NCBI GenBank assembly: GCA_963762145.1
Contig: CAVXJS010000011.1
Span: forward strand, 64,001 to 128,000
Reading direction: 5' to 3'
From: an uncultured Candidatus Rokubacteria bacterium
GTDB lineage: Bacteria > Methylomirabilota > Methylomirabilia > Rokubacteriales > CSP1-6
Length of the DNA stretch: 64,000 nucleotides
Position 1 is the first letter of the stretch. Each line of letters begins with the position of its first letter. A model generated the notes under the pieces. It worked only from the letters and a program-made list of their open reading frames with translations, was not told the origin of the DNA and searched no databases. The position numbers were made by a program, and so were the translations under genes. Positions 11,954-22,528 of the stretch are shown here, one piece after another.

Positions 11954-12930
11954 GCCGGCCCGAGCCGCAGCACGATCTGGTCGGCCTCGGCGAGGTGATG
12001 CTACGGCTCGCCGCCCGCCCGCCCCAGCGTCTCGAGCAGGCCCAGGACCTGGACGTGCAGATCGGCGGCACCGAGGCCAATGTGGCCGCGGCCTGCGCCC
12101 GGCTCGGCCTGCGCACCGCCTTCATCTCGGTGCTGCCGTCCGAGCACGCGTGGGGCGACCGCACGATCCGCGAGCTGTCGGGACACGGGGTGGACTGCCG
12201 TGGCGTGCTCCGCCGCGCGGGCCAGCGCATGGGTCTCTACTTCATCGAGTACGGCATGACGCCGCGGCCGGTCCGCATCCTCTACGATCGGCGCGACTCT
12301 GCGTTCAGTCGCCTCGTGGCGGACGACGTGGACTGGTCGCTGATCCGGAGCGCCCGGCTCGTCCATCTCACCGGGGTGACCGCCGCGCTCGGGGACAACG
12401 TCCGCGACGTCGTGCGGCGCGCGATCGCGGAGGCGGCGGCGGCGGGCGTGCCGGTATCCTTTGACGTGAACTATCGCTCCCGTCTGTGGAGCCCGAAGGA
12501 GGCGCGGGATTTCCTCGGGGAGATCCTGCCGCGTCTCGGGTATCTCTTCATCGGCGGAGACGACGCGGCCACCGTGCTTGAGCTGGAGGGTACGCCCGAG
12601 CAGGTGCTCGCCGGGCTGCGCCGCCTCGCGCCCACGGCCACCATCGCGCTCACGCTGGGGGAGGCCGGGTCCGCGGTGCTCACCGAGCGCGGCGTCCACC
12701 GGCCGTCCAAGCTCTACACGGTCTCGGTGGTGGACCGGGTGGGGGCGGGGGACGCCTTCGCGGCGGGGTTTCTCTGGGCCACGTTGACCGGCCGCGATGC
12801 GCAGCAGGCGGTGGACGCCGGGACTGCCTTGGCCGCGCTCAAGTGCACGATCTGGGGCGACGTGCCCGTGGTGAGCCGGGCCGAGCTCGACGAGCTGCTG
12901 GCCACGGATAGCACCGAGATCCGCCGCTAG
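11950..12930 (+). CDS. PfkB-family sugar kinase (2-keto-3-deoxygluconate kinase-like)
   Basis: GEVMLRL, GGTEANVA, YDRRDSA, FDVNYRSRLW, DRVGAGDAFAAG PfkB signature. Confidence 0.9.
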   Translation: MSRPEPQHDLVGLGEVMLRLAARPPQRLEQAQDLDVQIGGTEANVAAACARLGLRTAFISVLPSEHAWGDRTIRELSGHGVDCRGVLRRAGQRMGLYFIEYGMTPRPVRILYDRRDSAFSRLVADDVDWSLIRSARLVHLTGVTAALGDNVRDVVRRAIAEAAAAGVPVSFDVNYRSRLWSPKEARDFLGEILPRLGYLFIGGDDAATVLELEGTPEQVLAGLRRLAPTATIALTLGEAGSAVLTERGVHRPSKLYTVSVVDRVGAGDAFAAGFLWATLTGRDAQQAVDAGTALAALKCTIWGDVPVVSRAELDELLATDSTEIRR

Positions 12931-12939
12931 CGAGGGGCC

Positions 12940-13815
12940 GTGGCGCGCTCCGCCGTCCTCGTCCACAATCCCGGCTCCGGTCAGCGCCGCGATCGCTTCC
13001 ACTCGATCACGCGGATGGTGGATGCCCTCCGCGCGCGCGGCGTCACGGTCACCCCGCAGGTCACCACCGGCCCCGCCGACGCCACCCGGCTCACCGCGGC
13101 CGCATTGCTGGCGCGCACGGACCTGATCATCGTGCACGGCGGCGACGGCACCGTGAACGAGGCGATGCAGGTTGTGGTCGGCACGGCCACCCCGCTCGCG
13201 GTGTGGCCGGGCGGCACGTCCAACGTGCTGGCCCGCGAGCTCGGGCTGCCGGGCGGCATCGAGCTCCTCGCCGACGTGTTCGCGGCAGAGCGGATCCGGC
13301 GGGTGTCGGTGGGCCGGGCGGGGGAGCGCTACTTCCTCCTCATGGCCGGGGTCGGCCTCGATGCCGACGTCGTGCGGGCAATCCACCCGGGGCTCAAGCG
13401 CCTGACGGGCGAAGGGGCTTACTGGATGGCCGGGCTCCGCCAGCTCGCGGACTGGCACCCCGTGCACTTCGTGCTGGAGACCGACGCCGGCCAGCACCGC
13501 GCCACCTTCGCCGTGGTGGCCAACGCGGCGTCCTACGGCGGGGGCCTGCGCTTCGCCCCGGACGCGCGCATGGACGACGACCTGCTCGACATCTGCCTGT
13601 TCGACTCCACCCAGCGCCACCGCTTCGCCCGCTACCTGGCCGCGGCCTTCACGGGCTCGCATCTGGGCATGCCCGGCGTGACGTACCTGAAGGCCCGTCG
13701 CGTGGTGGTGCACGGCGACCCCGGCCGCTTCGTGCAGGTCGACGGCGAGCTGCTCGGCCCGCTGCCCGTCACCTTCGAATGCGTGCCCGACGCCCTATCC
13801 CTGGTGGTGCCGTAG
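12940..13815 (+). CDS. Diacylglycerol kinase-family (YegS/DAGK) lipid kinase
   Basis: HNPGSG, GGDGTVNE, PGGTSNVLAR, GVGLDA, YGGG, QVDGE motifs. Confidence 0.92.
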   Translation: MARSAVLVHNPGSGQRRDRFHSITRMVDALRARGVTVTPQVTTGPADATRLTAAALLARTDLIIVHGGDGTVNEAMQVVVGTATPLAVWPGGTSNVLARELGLPGGIELLADVFAAERIRRVSVGRAGERYFLLMAGVGLDADVVRAIHPGLKRLTGEGAYWMAGLRQLADWHPVHFVLETDAGQHRATFAVVANAASYGGGLRFAPDARMDDDLLDICLFDSTQRHRFARYLAAAFTGSHLGMPGVTYLKARRVVVHGDPGRFVQVDGELLGPLPVTFECVPDALSLVVP

Positions 13816-13833
13816 AAGCGGAGGCTCCAGCGG

Positions 13834-13842
13834 TGGTATAGT
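13834..13842 (+). promoter_or_regulatory. Extended -10 element (TGG-TATAGT) 7 nt before the helicase ATG; probable leaderless promoter
   Basis: cggTGgTATAGTtcgcctgATG, with no SD between element and start. Confidence 0.55.
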
Positions 13843-13849
13843 TCGCCTG

Positions 13850-16759
13850 ATGGCGGAGGGAGGGCGGGGCGCCGAGCGGATCCTCGAAGGGCTGAACGCG
13901 CCCCAGGCGGCGGCCGTCACCCACGAGGCCGGGCCGTTGCTCATCATCGCGGGCGCGGGCACCGGCAAGACCACCGTCATCACCCGCCGGATCGCCTACC
14001 TCATCGCGACCCGCGCCGCGCGCCCCTCCGAGATCCTCGCGCTGACCTTCACCGACAAGGCGGCGGCCGAGATGGAAGAGCGCGTCGACACCCTGGTGCC
14101 CTACGGCTACGCCGACGTGCAGATCGCCACCTTCCACGCCTTCGGCGACCGCCTCATCAAGGAGAACGCGCTCGAGCTGGGGCTCACCCCGGAGTTCCGC
14201 GTGCTGACCCGCGCCGAGCAGATCATCTTCCTGCGCGACCACCTCTTCGAGTTCCCGCTCAAGCACTACCGGCCCCTCGGCGACCCCACGCGGCACCTCC
14301 ACGCGATCCTCACCCAGTTCAGCCGCCTGAAGGACGAGGACGTGGGCCCGGACGAGTACCTCGGCGCACGCCGAGGAGCTGCTCGCCGCCGCCGCCGATG
14401 ACGAGGCCCGCCTCGCCGCCGAACAGCACCTCGAGCTCGCGCGCACTTACGCGCAGTACCAGACGCTGATGGCCCGGCTCGGGCAGATCGACTTCGGCGA
14501 CCAGATCGTGGAGGCCCTGCGCCTCTTCCGTACCCGCCCGCACGTCCTGCGGCGCTACCAGAGCCGCTACCGGTACATCCTGGTGGACGAGTTCCAGGAC
14601 ACCAACTACGCGCAGTTCGAGCTGGTCAAGCTGCTGGCGGCCCGGCATCGCAACGTGGCGGTGGTGGGCGACGACGACCAGGCCATCTTCCGCTTCCGCG
14701 GGGCGTCGATGAGCAACATCCTCGACTTCGACCGCACGTATCCGGACGCGCGGCAGGTCGTGCTGCAGGAGAATCGCCGCTCGCCGCAGGCGGTGCTCGA
14801 CGCGGCCTACCGGCTCATCCAGCACAACAACCCCGACCGCCTCGAGGTGGCCCAGAAGATCGACAAGCGGCTCATCTCCACTGTGGGGCACGGCGGAGGC
14901 GCCGCGGCACCTGCCGTTCGACACCGTCTCCACCGAGTCCGACCAGGTGGCCGAGCTGATCCGGGAGGAGCACGCGCGCGGCCGGCCCTATCGCGACATC
15001 GCGGTGCTGGTGCGGGCCAACAACGACGCCGACCACTACCTGCGCGCGCTCAACATGCGGGGGATCCCGTGGACCTTCTCGGGCAACGCGGGGCTCTACG
15101 GCCGGCCCGAGGTGCGCCTGCTCATCGCGTTCCTGCGCAGCGTGGTGTACACCGACGACTCGGTCAGCCTCCACTACCTGGCGTCCTCCGACGTCTACCA
15201 GGTCCCGATCGTGGACCTCACGAACTGCGCGACGTACGCGACCCGGAAGAACCGCCACCTCTTCGACGTGCTGCACGACGCTGCCCGCCGACCTGGCGGT
15301 GAGCGACGAGGGGCGCCTGGCGATCGCCCGGCTGGTGGCCGATCTGAGCCGATACATGGAGCTCGGCCGCGAGCATCCGACCGGCGAGGTGCTCTACCAG
15401 TTCCTCGTCGACTCCGGGCTCATGACCCGCTACGCGAAGGCGCCCGCGGAGCTCGAGCAGGAGGTGCAGAACGTCAGCAAGTTCTTCACCCGGGTCAAGG
15501 ACGCGGCGCGGGTGCTCAAGTACGACAACGTGCGCGAGTTCGTGAGCCACCTGGACGCGCTCATGGACGCGGGCGACGATCCGGCGGTGGCCGAGGCCGA
15601 TACCGAGACGCCCGCGGTGCACGTGCTCACCGTGCACAAGTCCAAGGGCCTCGAGTGGCCGATCGTGTTCATGGTGGACTGCGTGCAGAACAAGTTCCCG
15701 TCCACCCGGCGCTCCGATCCGCTCGAGATGCCGCCCGGGCTGATCAAGGACCTGCTGCCCACCGGGGACTTCCACGAGCAGGAGGAGCGGCGCCTCTTCT
15801 ACGTGGGCATGACCCGCGCCAAGGAGCGCCTCTACCTCACCAGCGCGGAGGACATGGGGGGCAAGCGCAAGTGGAAGGTGAGCCAGTTCGTGGTGGAGGC
15901 GCTCGACCTGCCGAAGGACGCGGCGCGCCCGTTCCGGGCGAAGGCCATCGAGGGGCTGCGGCGCCAGGCGCCCGCCCCGGATCTGGCGGGCCTCGGGCTC
16001 GCCCCGATCCCGGACGACGAGCCGCTCGCGGTGAGCCACCGGCAGGTGGACGACTACGAGACGTGCCCGCTCAAGTACCAGTTCATCCACATCCTGCGCA
16101 TCCCGCTGCGGCAGCACCACGCGGTGGTCTACGGCAACGCGCTCCACCAGGCGGTCGAGTTCTACCTGCGCCGGCGCGCGGCGGGCAACTACACCTCGCT
16201 CGAGGACTTCCTCACCGCCTTCGACAAGGCGTGGCGCAACGAGGGCTTCCTCACGCGCGACCACGAGGAGCAGCGCAAGCGCGCGGGGATCGCGGCGCTG
16301 ACGCGCTTCTATCACGAGGAGGAGGCCTCGGGGCAGAAGCCCACCGACGTGGAGCGGGAATTCGGCTTCACCCTGGGTCTCGACCGGGTGCGCGGGCGCT
16401 TCGACCGGGTGGACGAGACGCCCGACGGTCTCGTGATCGTGGACTACAAGTCGAGCGACGTCACCGACCAGAAGAAGGCCGATCAGCGCGCCCGGGAGAG
16501 CCTCCAGCTCAAGATCTACGCCCTGGCGCAGCACGCGATGACGGGCCGACTGCCCGCCCGCGTGGAGCTGCGCTTCCTCGAATCGGGGCTGATCGGGCGG
16601 CACACGCCGACCGAGCTGGACCTGGCGAAGGCCCGCGAGGCCATCGCGGAGGCGGCGCGCGGCATCCGCCAGCGCGAGTTCGAGGCGACGCCCGAGTACC
16701 AGGCCTGCCGCTATTGCCCCTACAATCAGATCTGCCCGAGCACCGCCACCCAGGAGTGA
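13850..16759 (+). CDS. UvrD/PcrA-family ATP-dependent helicase with C-terminal PD-(D/E)xK nuclease (AdnB/AddA-like), split by three +1 frameshifts
   Basis: Walker [80 protein letters not shown]. Frames rejoin after removing one base near 14363, 14887 and 15280. Confidence 0.88.
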
Positions 16760-16770
16760 ATTCGATATAT

Positions 16771-16873
16771 CCTCCCTCACCCTCCCCTCTCCCCGGCGGG
16801 GAGAGGGTGCTCGGAACCCTCGCCCCCGAAGGGGGAGAGGGGAGGGTGAGGGGGAGATGGGTGAGGGGGAGAT
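16771..16873. repeat. REP-like palindromic repeat doublet (inverted pair)
   Basis: CCCTCACCCTCCCCTCTCCCC-GGC-GGGGAGAGGG followed by an inverted copy ending GGGGAGAGGGGAGGGTGAGGG, plus a tandem GGGTGAGGGGGAGAT duplication. Confidence 0.8.
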
Positions 16874-16888
16874 CTCACGGGGGGGACC

Positions 16889-17689
16889 ATGAAACTCAAC
16901 GCGAACGGCATCGAGATCAACTACGAGATCGAGGGCGAGGGCCCGGTGGTGACGTTCAGCCACTCGCTCGCCTGCAACCTCTCCATGTGGGACGAACAGG
17001 TGCGCGCCCTCAAGAGCCGCTATCGCGTCCTGCGCTACGACACGCGCGGCCACGGGCAGACCGCCGCGCCGACGGGCGCCTACTCGCTCGACCAGCTCGC
17101 GGACGATCTGAAGGGGCTCCTCGACGGCCTCGGCATTCGCGAGACCCACGTCGTGGGGCTCTCGATGGGCGGCATGATCGGCCAGGTCTTCGCGCTGAAG
17201 CGCCCCGCGATGGTCCAGAGCCTCGCGCTCTGCGACACCACGAGCCGGTACGCCCAAGGGGCCGCCGCGATCTGGGAGGAGCGCATCAAGACGGTGGGCG
17301 CCAAGGGCATGGAGCCGATGGTGGCCCCCACGCTCGACCGCTGGTTCACCGCGCCGTTCCGCGCGCGTCGCAAGGATCTGATGGAGCGCGTGGGCGCCAT
17401 GATCCGCGCCACGCCCGCCGCGGGCTACATCGGCTGCTGCCACGCGCTCCCGAAGATCAACGTCACCGAGAAGCTGCGGAACGTGCGCTGCCCGGCGCTG
17501 GTGATCGTCGGCGAGGAGGATCCCGGCACGCCGGTGGAGATGGCGCGCGACATCCACGCGGCGCTGCCCACCGCGGAGCTGGCGGTGCTGTGCCGCGCCT
17601 CGCACCTGTCGAATCTCGAGCAGCCCGAGGAGTTCAATCGGGTGCTCGGAGGCTTCCTCGACAAGCTGAGCGGCCGGACGAAGCTCTAG
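16889..17689 (+). CDS. Alpha/beta hydrolase, 3-oxoadipate enol-lactonase (PcaD/CatD)-like
   Basis: SHSLACNLSMW, RYDTRGHG, nucleophile GLSMGG, GEEDPGTP, SHLSNLEQPE. Confidence 0.85.
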   Translation: MKLNANGIEINYEIEGEGPVVTFSHSLACNLSMWDEQVRALKSRYRVLRYDTRGHGQTAAPTGAYSLDQLADDLKGLLDGLGIRETHVVGLSMGGMIGQVFALKRPAMVQSLALCDTTSRYAQGAAAIWEERIKTVGAKGMEPMVAPTLDRWFTAPFRARRKDLMERVGAMIRATPAAGYIGCCHALPKINVTEKLRNVRCPALVIVGEEDPGTPVEMARDIHAALPTAELAVLCRASHLSNLEQPEEFNRVLGGFLDKLSGRTKL

Positions 17690-17704
17690 GGCGCGACCCG
17701 CGTC

Positions 17705-19406
17705 ATGCCCCCGGCCCGTTCCGCGGCGGCGGTCGTCCGGCAGATCCGCCTCTGGACGGGCCTCGTGCTCTTCGCCTATCTGACGACCCACTTCCTCAAC
17801 CACGCCCTCGGGCTCGTGTCGCTCGAGGCCATGGCGGCCGGGCAGGAGTGGTTCGTCCTGGTCTGGCGCAGCCTCCCGGGCACCGTGGCGCTCTACGGCT
17901 CGTTCGCCATCCACAACCTGCTCGCCCTCTGGGCGCTCTACCGCCGGCGCACGCTCCGCATGCCCGCCTGGGAGGCGAGCCAGCTCACGCTGGGCCTGCT
18001 CGTGCCGCCCCTCCTCGTGTGGCACGTGGTGGGCACGAGGCTGGCGCACGAGGTGGCCGGAACGCTGACGAGCTACACGCTCGTGGTGCTCGTGCTCTCG
18101 CAGCTCGATCCGATCGCGGGCCTCCGCCAGGTCGTCGTCCTCATCGTCGCCTGGATCCACGGCTGCATCGGGCTGCACTTCTGGCTGAGGCTCCGGCCCT
18201 GGTATCCGCGCCTCGCGCGAATGCTCTACAGCGGGTTTCTGCTCGTGCCGGTCCTGGCCCTGCTCGGGTTCGCCGCCGCGGGCCAGGAGGTGGCCCGGCG
18301 GGCGCGCGAGCCCGGCTTCGTGCAGACCGTGATCCGCGAGGCCCGACTGCCGAGCCCGGCGCAGCGGGAGGCGCTGGGACGGGTGGCCCGCGCGATCTTC
18401 TGGGGGGATCTCGGCGCGATCGCGCTGGTGCTGGCGGCGCGCGCGGTCCGGGAGCATGTCCGCCGGCGGCAGGGCGTGCGCATCGAGTATCCGGCCGGCC
18501 GCGAGGTGCTCGTCCCCGCCGGGTTCACGCATCCTCGAGGCCAGCCGGTTCGCGGGGATCCCGCACGCCTCGGTCTGCGGCGGACGCGGCCGCTGCTCGA
18601 CGTGCCGGGTGCGCGTGATCCGGGGCGAGGCGCTGCTGCCCGCGGCCACCACGGACGAGCTGCGCGTGCTCGGACGCGTGGGAGCGCCGGCTCACGTGCG
18701 CCTGGCCTGCCAGGTGCGGCCCCGGCGCGATCTCGCGGTGGTGCCGCTCGTGCCCGCGGGGGCGGGGCCGGCCGAGGCCCTCCCGAGCGAGCATCGCGAC
18801 GGCGAGGAGCTGACCATCGCGGTGCTCTTCGCCGACCTGCGCGGGTTCACCCGGCTGGCCGAGCGCAAGCTCCCGTACGACGTCGTCTTCATCCTCAACC
18901 GCTACTTCGAGGCGGTCGGGGGAGCCATCACGGACGCCGGCGGCATCGTCAATCAGTTCACGGGCGACGGCGTCATGGCGCTCTTCGGCGTGGACGGGGC
19001 AGGCCCGGAGGAGGGCTCCCGGCAGGCGGTGCGCGCGGCGGCGGCGATGGTGGCCCGCGTGCAGGAGCTGAGTCGCACCCTCGCCGACGACCTGGACACC
19101 GCGCTGCGCCTCGGGATCGGCATTCACACCGGCCCCACCGTGGTCGGCCAGATGGGCTACGCGTCCACCACCTACCTGACCGCGGTGGGCGACACGGTGC
19201 ACGTCGCGGCCCGTCTGGAGGCCCTGACGAAGGACTACGCGTGCGAGCTGGTGCTCTCCGAGGAGGTCGCGGTGCAGGCGGGGCTCGACGTCTCGGATCA
19301 CGCGCGCCACGAGCTGACGGTGCGCAATCGCGAGGCGCCGCTGGCCATCTTCGTGGCGCCGAGCGCGGGGCGCCTCGCCGAGCGGCTCGCCCGCGTGCCC
19401 GCATGA
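17705..19406 (+). CDS. Membrane class III nucleotide cyclase with heme-b-type TM domain and 2Fe-2S ferredoxin (CyaC-like); one +1 frameshift near 18530
   Basis: TM His residues (THFLNH, IHNL, WHVV, WIHGCIGLH), then after the shift CGGRGRCSTC...LAC ferredoxin and FADLRGFT/GDGVMALF/GIGIHTG cyclase core. Confidence 0.85.
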
Positions 19407-20194
19407 GCCGCCACGGCCAGGGCGGCGGGCCCGCGGGGCCGGGCGCCCCCGAGCCTGCGTTCGCGGAGCAGGCACGCACGCTGGTGCACCTGGGGCGCGC
19501 CGGCACCCTCGGCACCCTCTCCCGGCGTCACCCGGGCCACCCGTTCGTCTCGGTCATGCCCTACGCGCCGGACGAGCGGGGCCGGCCGCTGCTGCTCATC
19601 AGCACGCTCGCGATGCACACCCAGAACCTGGCCGCCGATCCGCGCGCGAGCCTGCTCGTGGCCCAGCCCGGCGACGACCCGCTCGCGCTCGCCCGCCTCA
19701 CCCTCATGGGCACTGCGAGCCGCGTGGCGCCTGGCGAGCGGCCCGTGGCGCGTGACGCATACCTCGTCCGCCACCCGAACGCGATCCACTGGGTGGACTT
19801 CGACGACTTCGCCTTCTGGCGCCTCGACCTGACCGACGTCTACTTCGTGGGCGGCTTTGGCGCGATGGACTGGCTCACCGTCCCCGGCTACGAGGCGGCC
19901 CGCCCCGATCCGCTGGCCGACGCGGCCCCCGGGATCATCGAGCACATGAACCGTGACCACGCCGACGCCCTCGTTCTGTACGCTCGCGTTCTCGGCAACC
20001 TCGCCCTGGAGGCGGCCGGGATAGTCGCGGCCGAGATGGTCGCGGTGGACCGCCTCGGCTTCAAGCTGCGCGTCCGCGCGGCGGGCGGCCTGCACGGGTG
20101 CCGGATCGGCTTTCCGCGCGAGGTCACCAGCGCCGAGCAGTGCCGGGCGGCGCTGATCGAGATGCTCGCCGACTTGCGCAGCCGCCCGCGGTGA
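19403..20194 (+). CDS. HugZ/pyridoxamine-oxidase-like split-barrel protein with DUF2470-type C-terminus
   Basis: ATGA overlap. GHPFVS, ISTLAMHTQNL..DPRASLL, YFVGGFG, IIEHMNRDH. Confidence 0.85.
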   Translation: MSRHGQGGGPAGPGAPEPAFAEQARTLVHLGRAGTLGTLSRRHPGHPFVSVMPYAPDERGRPLLLISTLAMHTQNLAADPRASLLVAQPGDDPLALARLTLMGTASRVAPGERPVARDAYLVRHPNAIHWVDFDDFAFWRLDLTDVYFVGGFGAMDWLTVPGYEAARPDPLADAAPGIIEHMNRDHADALVLYARVLGNLALEAAGIVAAEMVAVDRLGFKLRVRAAGGLHGCRIGFPREVTSAEQCRAALIEMLADLRSRPR

Positions 20195-20222
20195 CGTATG
20201 TAACTCCCCAAAGGAGAGATCC

Positions 20223-21095
20223 ATGGCACGCCACATCAAGGTCGCCGCCGCGCAGATGGGCCCCAACAACGAAGGCACGAGCCGGGAGGAGATCGTCGAG
20301 CGCATGCTGGCGCTCCTCGATCAGGCCGTCCGGGAGGGCGTCGAGATCATCGCCTATCCGGAGATGGCGCTCACGACCTACTTCCCCAAGCGCGTGCGCG
20401 ACGACTTCGACCAGTTCTTCGAGACCGAGATGCCGCCCAAGGCGCTGGCCCCGTTGCTCCAGCGGGCGCGCGAGGCGCGCATCGCGTGCCACGTGGGCTT
20501 CTGCGAGAAGGACCAGGGCCGCTACTTCAACACCGCGCTCCTGACCGACGAGGCCGGTAAACTCGCAGGGACGTTCCGGAAGATTCACCTCCCGGGCGTC
20601 AAGGTCGCGGACGGCCACGCGCAGGTCTACGAGCCGCACTTCTTCGAGTCGGGCAATAGCGGCTACCGGGTCTTCGACGCCGCCCGCGCCAAGGTCGGCA
20701 TCGCGATCTGCCAGGACCGGCGCTTCCCGGAGTCGTACCGCAGCCTCGGCCTGCTCGGCGCCGAGATCGTGCTGATCGGCTACAACACGCCGCTGTCTCC
20801 GCTGGCGCTGGACCTGAACGAGCTCTGCCTGCGGGCGGGCGCCTACCAGAACAACCTCTTCGTGGTCGGCATCGCCAAGGCCGGCATCGAGGACGGCATG
20901 GAGCTGATCGGCGGCTCGTGCATCGTGAACCCGATGGGGCAGGTGGTCGCCAAGGCCGCCACCACCGGCGACGAGCTCATCGCGGCCCGGATCGACCTCG
21001 ACCAGATGATCCCGGCCCGCAAGCGCTGGGACTTCCTCGGCCGCCGCCACCCCGAGCACTACGGGCTGCTCACCCAGCCCACCCGGCGGAGCTAG
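20223..21095 (+). CDS. Nitrilase-superfamily N-carbamoyl-D-amino acid hydrolase-like
   Basis: E-K-C triad: [37 protein letters not shown]. Confidence 0.85.
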   Translation: MARHIKVAAAQMGPNNEGTSREEIVERMLALLDQAVREGVEIIAYPEMALTTYFPKRVRDDFDQFFETEMPPKALAPLLQRAREARIACHVGFCEKDQGRYFNTALLTDEAGKLAGTFRKIHLPGVKVADGHAQVYEPHFFESGNSGYRVFDAARAKVGIAICQDRRFPESYRSLGLLGAEIVLIGYNTPLSPLALDLNELCLRAGAYQNNLFVVGIAKAGIEDGMELIGGSCIVNPMGQVVAKAATTGDELIAARIDLDQMIPARKRWDFLGRRHPEHYGLLTQPTRRS

Positions 21096-21097
21096 CG

Positions 21098-22519
21098 GTG
21101 GCGGCCGCGAAGCTCGACCTGCTGGTGCGCGGCGGACGCGTCGTGACCCCGACCGAGGTGCTCGAGACCGCGGTGGGCGTGAGCGACGGCCGGATCGTCG
21201 CGCTCGGCGCCGAGGACGTGCTGCCTCCCGCCGGGCGCACGATCGACGCGACGGGCAAGTACGTGCTGCCCGGCCTCATCGACTGCCACGTGCACCTCGG
21301 CGCGGTCTACGACGACTGGCACACCGGGCCGGTGGCGGCCGCGCACGCCGGCCTCACGACGCTGCTCTCGTTCGTGGAGTACGACGACCAGGCGCGGGAG
21401 ACGCTGCCCCAGGCGCTCAAGCGCCTGCGCGACGAGGCGGGCTCGCAGTCGGTGATCGACTTCGGCTTCCACTTCATCCTGAACAACCAGCCGTACATCC
21501 TGGACGGGCTGGCCGAGGCCTTCGAGCAGGGCGTGACGTCCTACAAGATCTTCATGACCTACAAGCGCCGCCCGAACCGCATGTGCTCGGACGAGTACAT
21601 CGCCCAGGTCATGGAGAAGATCGCGGCGCTGGGCGGCATCTGCCAGCTCCACTGCGAGAACGGCGACATCCTGTACCACCTCGAGAACAAGTCCATCGCG
21701 GCCGGGCTGGTGAAGCCCACCGACTTCCCGGCTACCTGCCCACCGTGGACCGAGGAGGAGGCGATCAACCGCGCCATCCTCATCGGCGAGATGACCAAGT
21801 GCCCGGTCTACGTCGTGCACCTCTCGACCAAGGGAGGGCTCGAGCGAATCAAGGAAGCGCAGGCGCGCGGCCAGCGCGTGTGGACCGAGACCTGCCCGCA
21901 GTACCTGTTGCTCACCGAGAAGGAGATGGAGGCGTGGGGCCCGCTCGCCAAGATCGGGCCGCCGTTGCGGCCGGTCGGCGGCGGGGACGGCGACGCGCTC
22001 TGGGACGGCAGCCGCGAAGGCTACATCGCGACCGTCGCCAGCGACCACTCGCCCCGGCGCAAGGAGCTGAAGGAGCCGGGCTGGAAGAACATCTTCGTGG
22101 ACGGCAAGGGCAATCCGGTTCCGTTCGGCAGCCCGTCCATCGAGACGCTGGTGCCGCTCATGTGGAGCGAGGGCGTGGTGAAGCGCGGCCTTCCGGTGAC
22201 GTGGCTGGCGCGCGTGATGGCCGAGAATCCGGCGCGGATCTTCGGCCTCTACCCGAGGAAGGGCGCGATCCGCGTGGGCGCCGACGCCGATCTCACCATC
22301 ATCGACCCCGAGCCCGACGGGACCATCAAGGTGGCCGATCATCACGGGATCGCGGGCTGGACGCTCTACGAGGGCTGGAAGTCCCACGGACGGCCCTGGA
22401 TGACGGTGCTGCGCGGCCAGGTGCTGCTGAATCAGGGCCGGCTCGAGCAGAAGCCGGGCTACGGCCGGTATCTCGCGCGCACGGGGCCGGTGGCGCCCAT
22501 CGCGGGCGGCGCGGGGTAG
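21098..22519 (+). CDS. Dihydropyrimidinase/D-hydantoinase (cyclic amidohydrolase)
   Basis: GTG 21098. [52 protein letters not shown]. Confidence 0.88.
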   Translation: MAAAKLDLLVRGGRVVTPTEVLETAVGVSDGRIVALGAEDVLPPAGRTIDATGKYVLPGLIDCHVHLGAVYDDWHTGPVAAAHAGLTTLLSFVEYDDQARETLPQALKRLRDEAGSQSVIDFGFHFILNNQPYILDGLAEAFEQGVTSYKIFMTYKRRPNRMCSDEYIAQVMEKIAALGGICQLHCENGDILYHLENKSIAAGLVKPTDFPATCPPWTEEEAINRAILIGEMTKCPVYVVHLSTKGGLERIKEAQARGQRVWTETCPQYLLLTEKEMEAWGPLAKIGPPLRPVGGGDGDALWDGSREGYIATVASDHSPRRKELKEPGWKNIFVDGKGNPVPFGSPSIETLVPLMWSEGVVKRGLPVTWLARVMAENPARIFGLYPRKGAIRVGADADLTIIDPEPDGTIKVADHHGIAGWTLYEGWKSHGRPWMTVLRGQVLLNQGRLEQKPGYGRYLARTGPVAPIAGGAG

Positions 22520-22528
22520 GCGCCCGCG

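Noticed and set aside
16771-16873. Repeat cluster as possible CRISPR or IS end
   Set aside because: No regularly spaced direct repeats with unique spacers, and no cas or transposase gene. It fits a REP-like palindrome. The adjacent Cas4-like Cys motif belongs to the helicase-nuclease
17705-20194. 829-aa 'membrane protein-HugZ fusion' in the ORF track
   Set aside because: Artefact of the +1 frameshift near 18530. The cyclase continues in another frame and HugZ has its own ATG at 19403
20191-20204. GTGAC-GTAT-GTAAC imperfect palindrome before the carbamoylase
   Set aside because: A single short instance overlapping a stop codon. It cannot be assigned to a regulator
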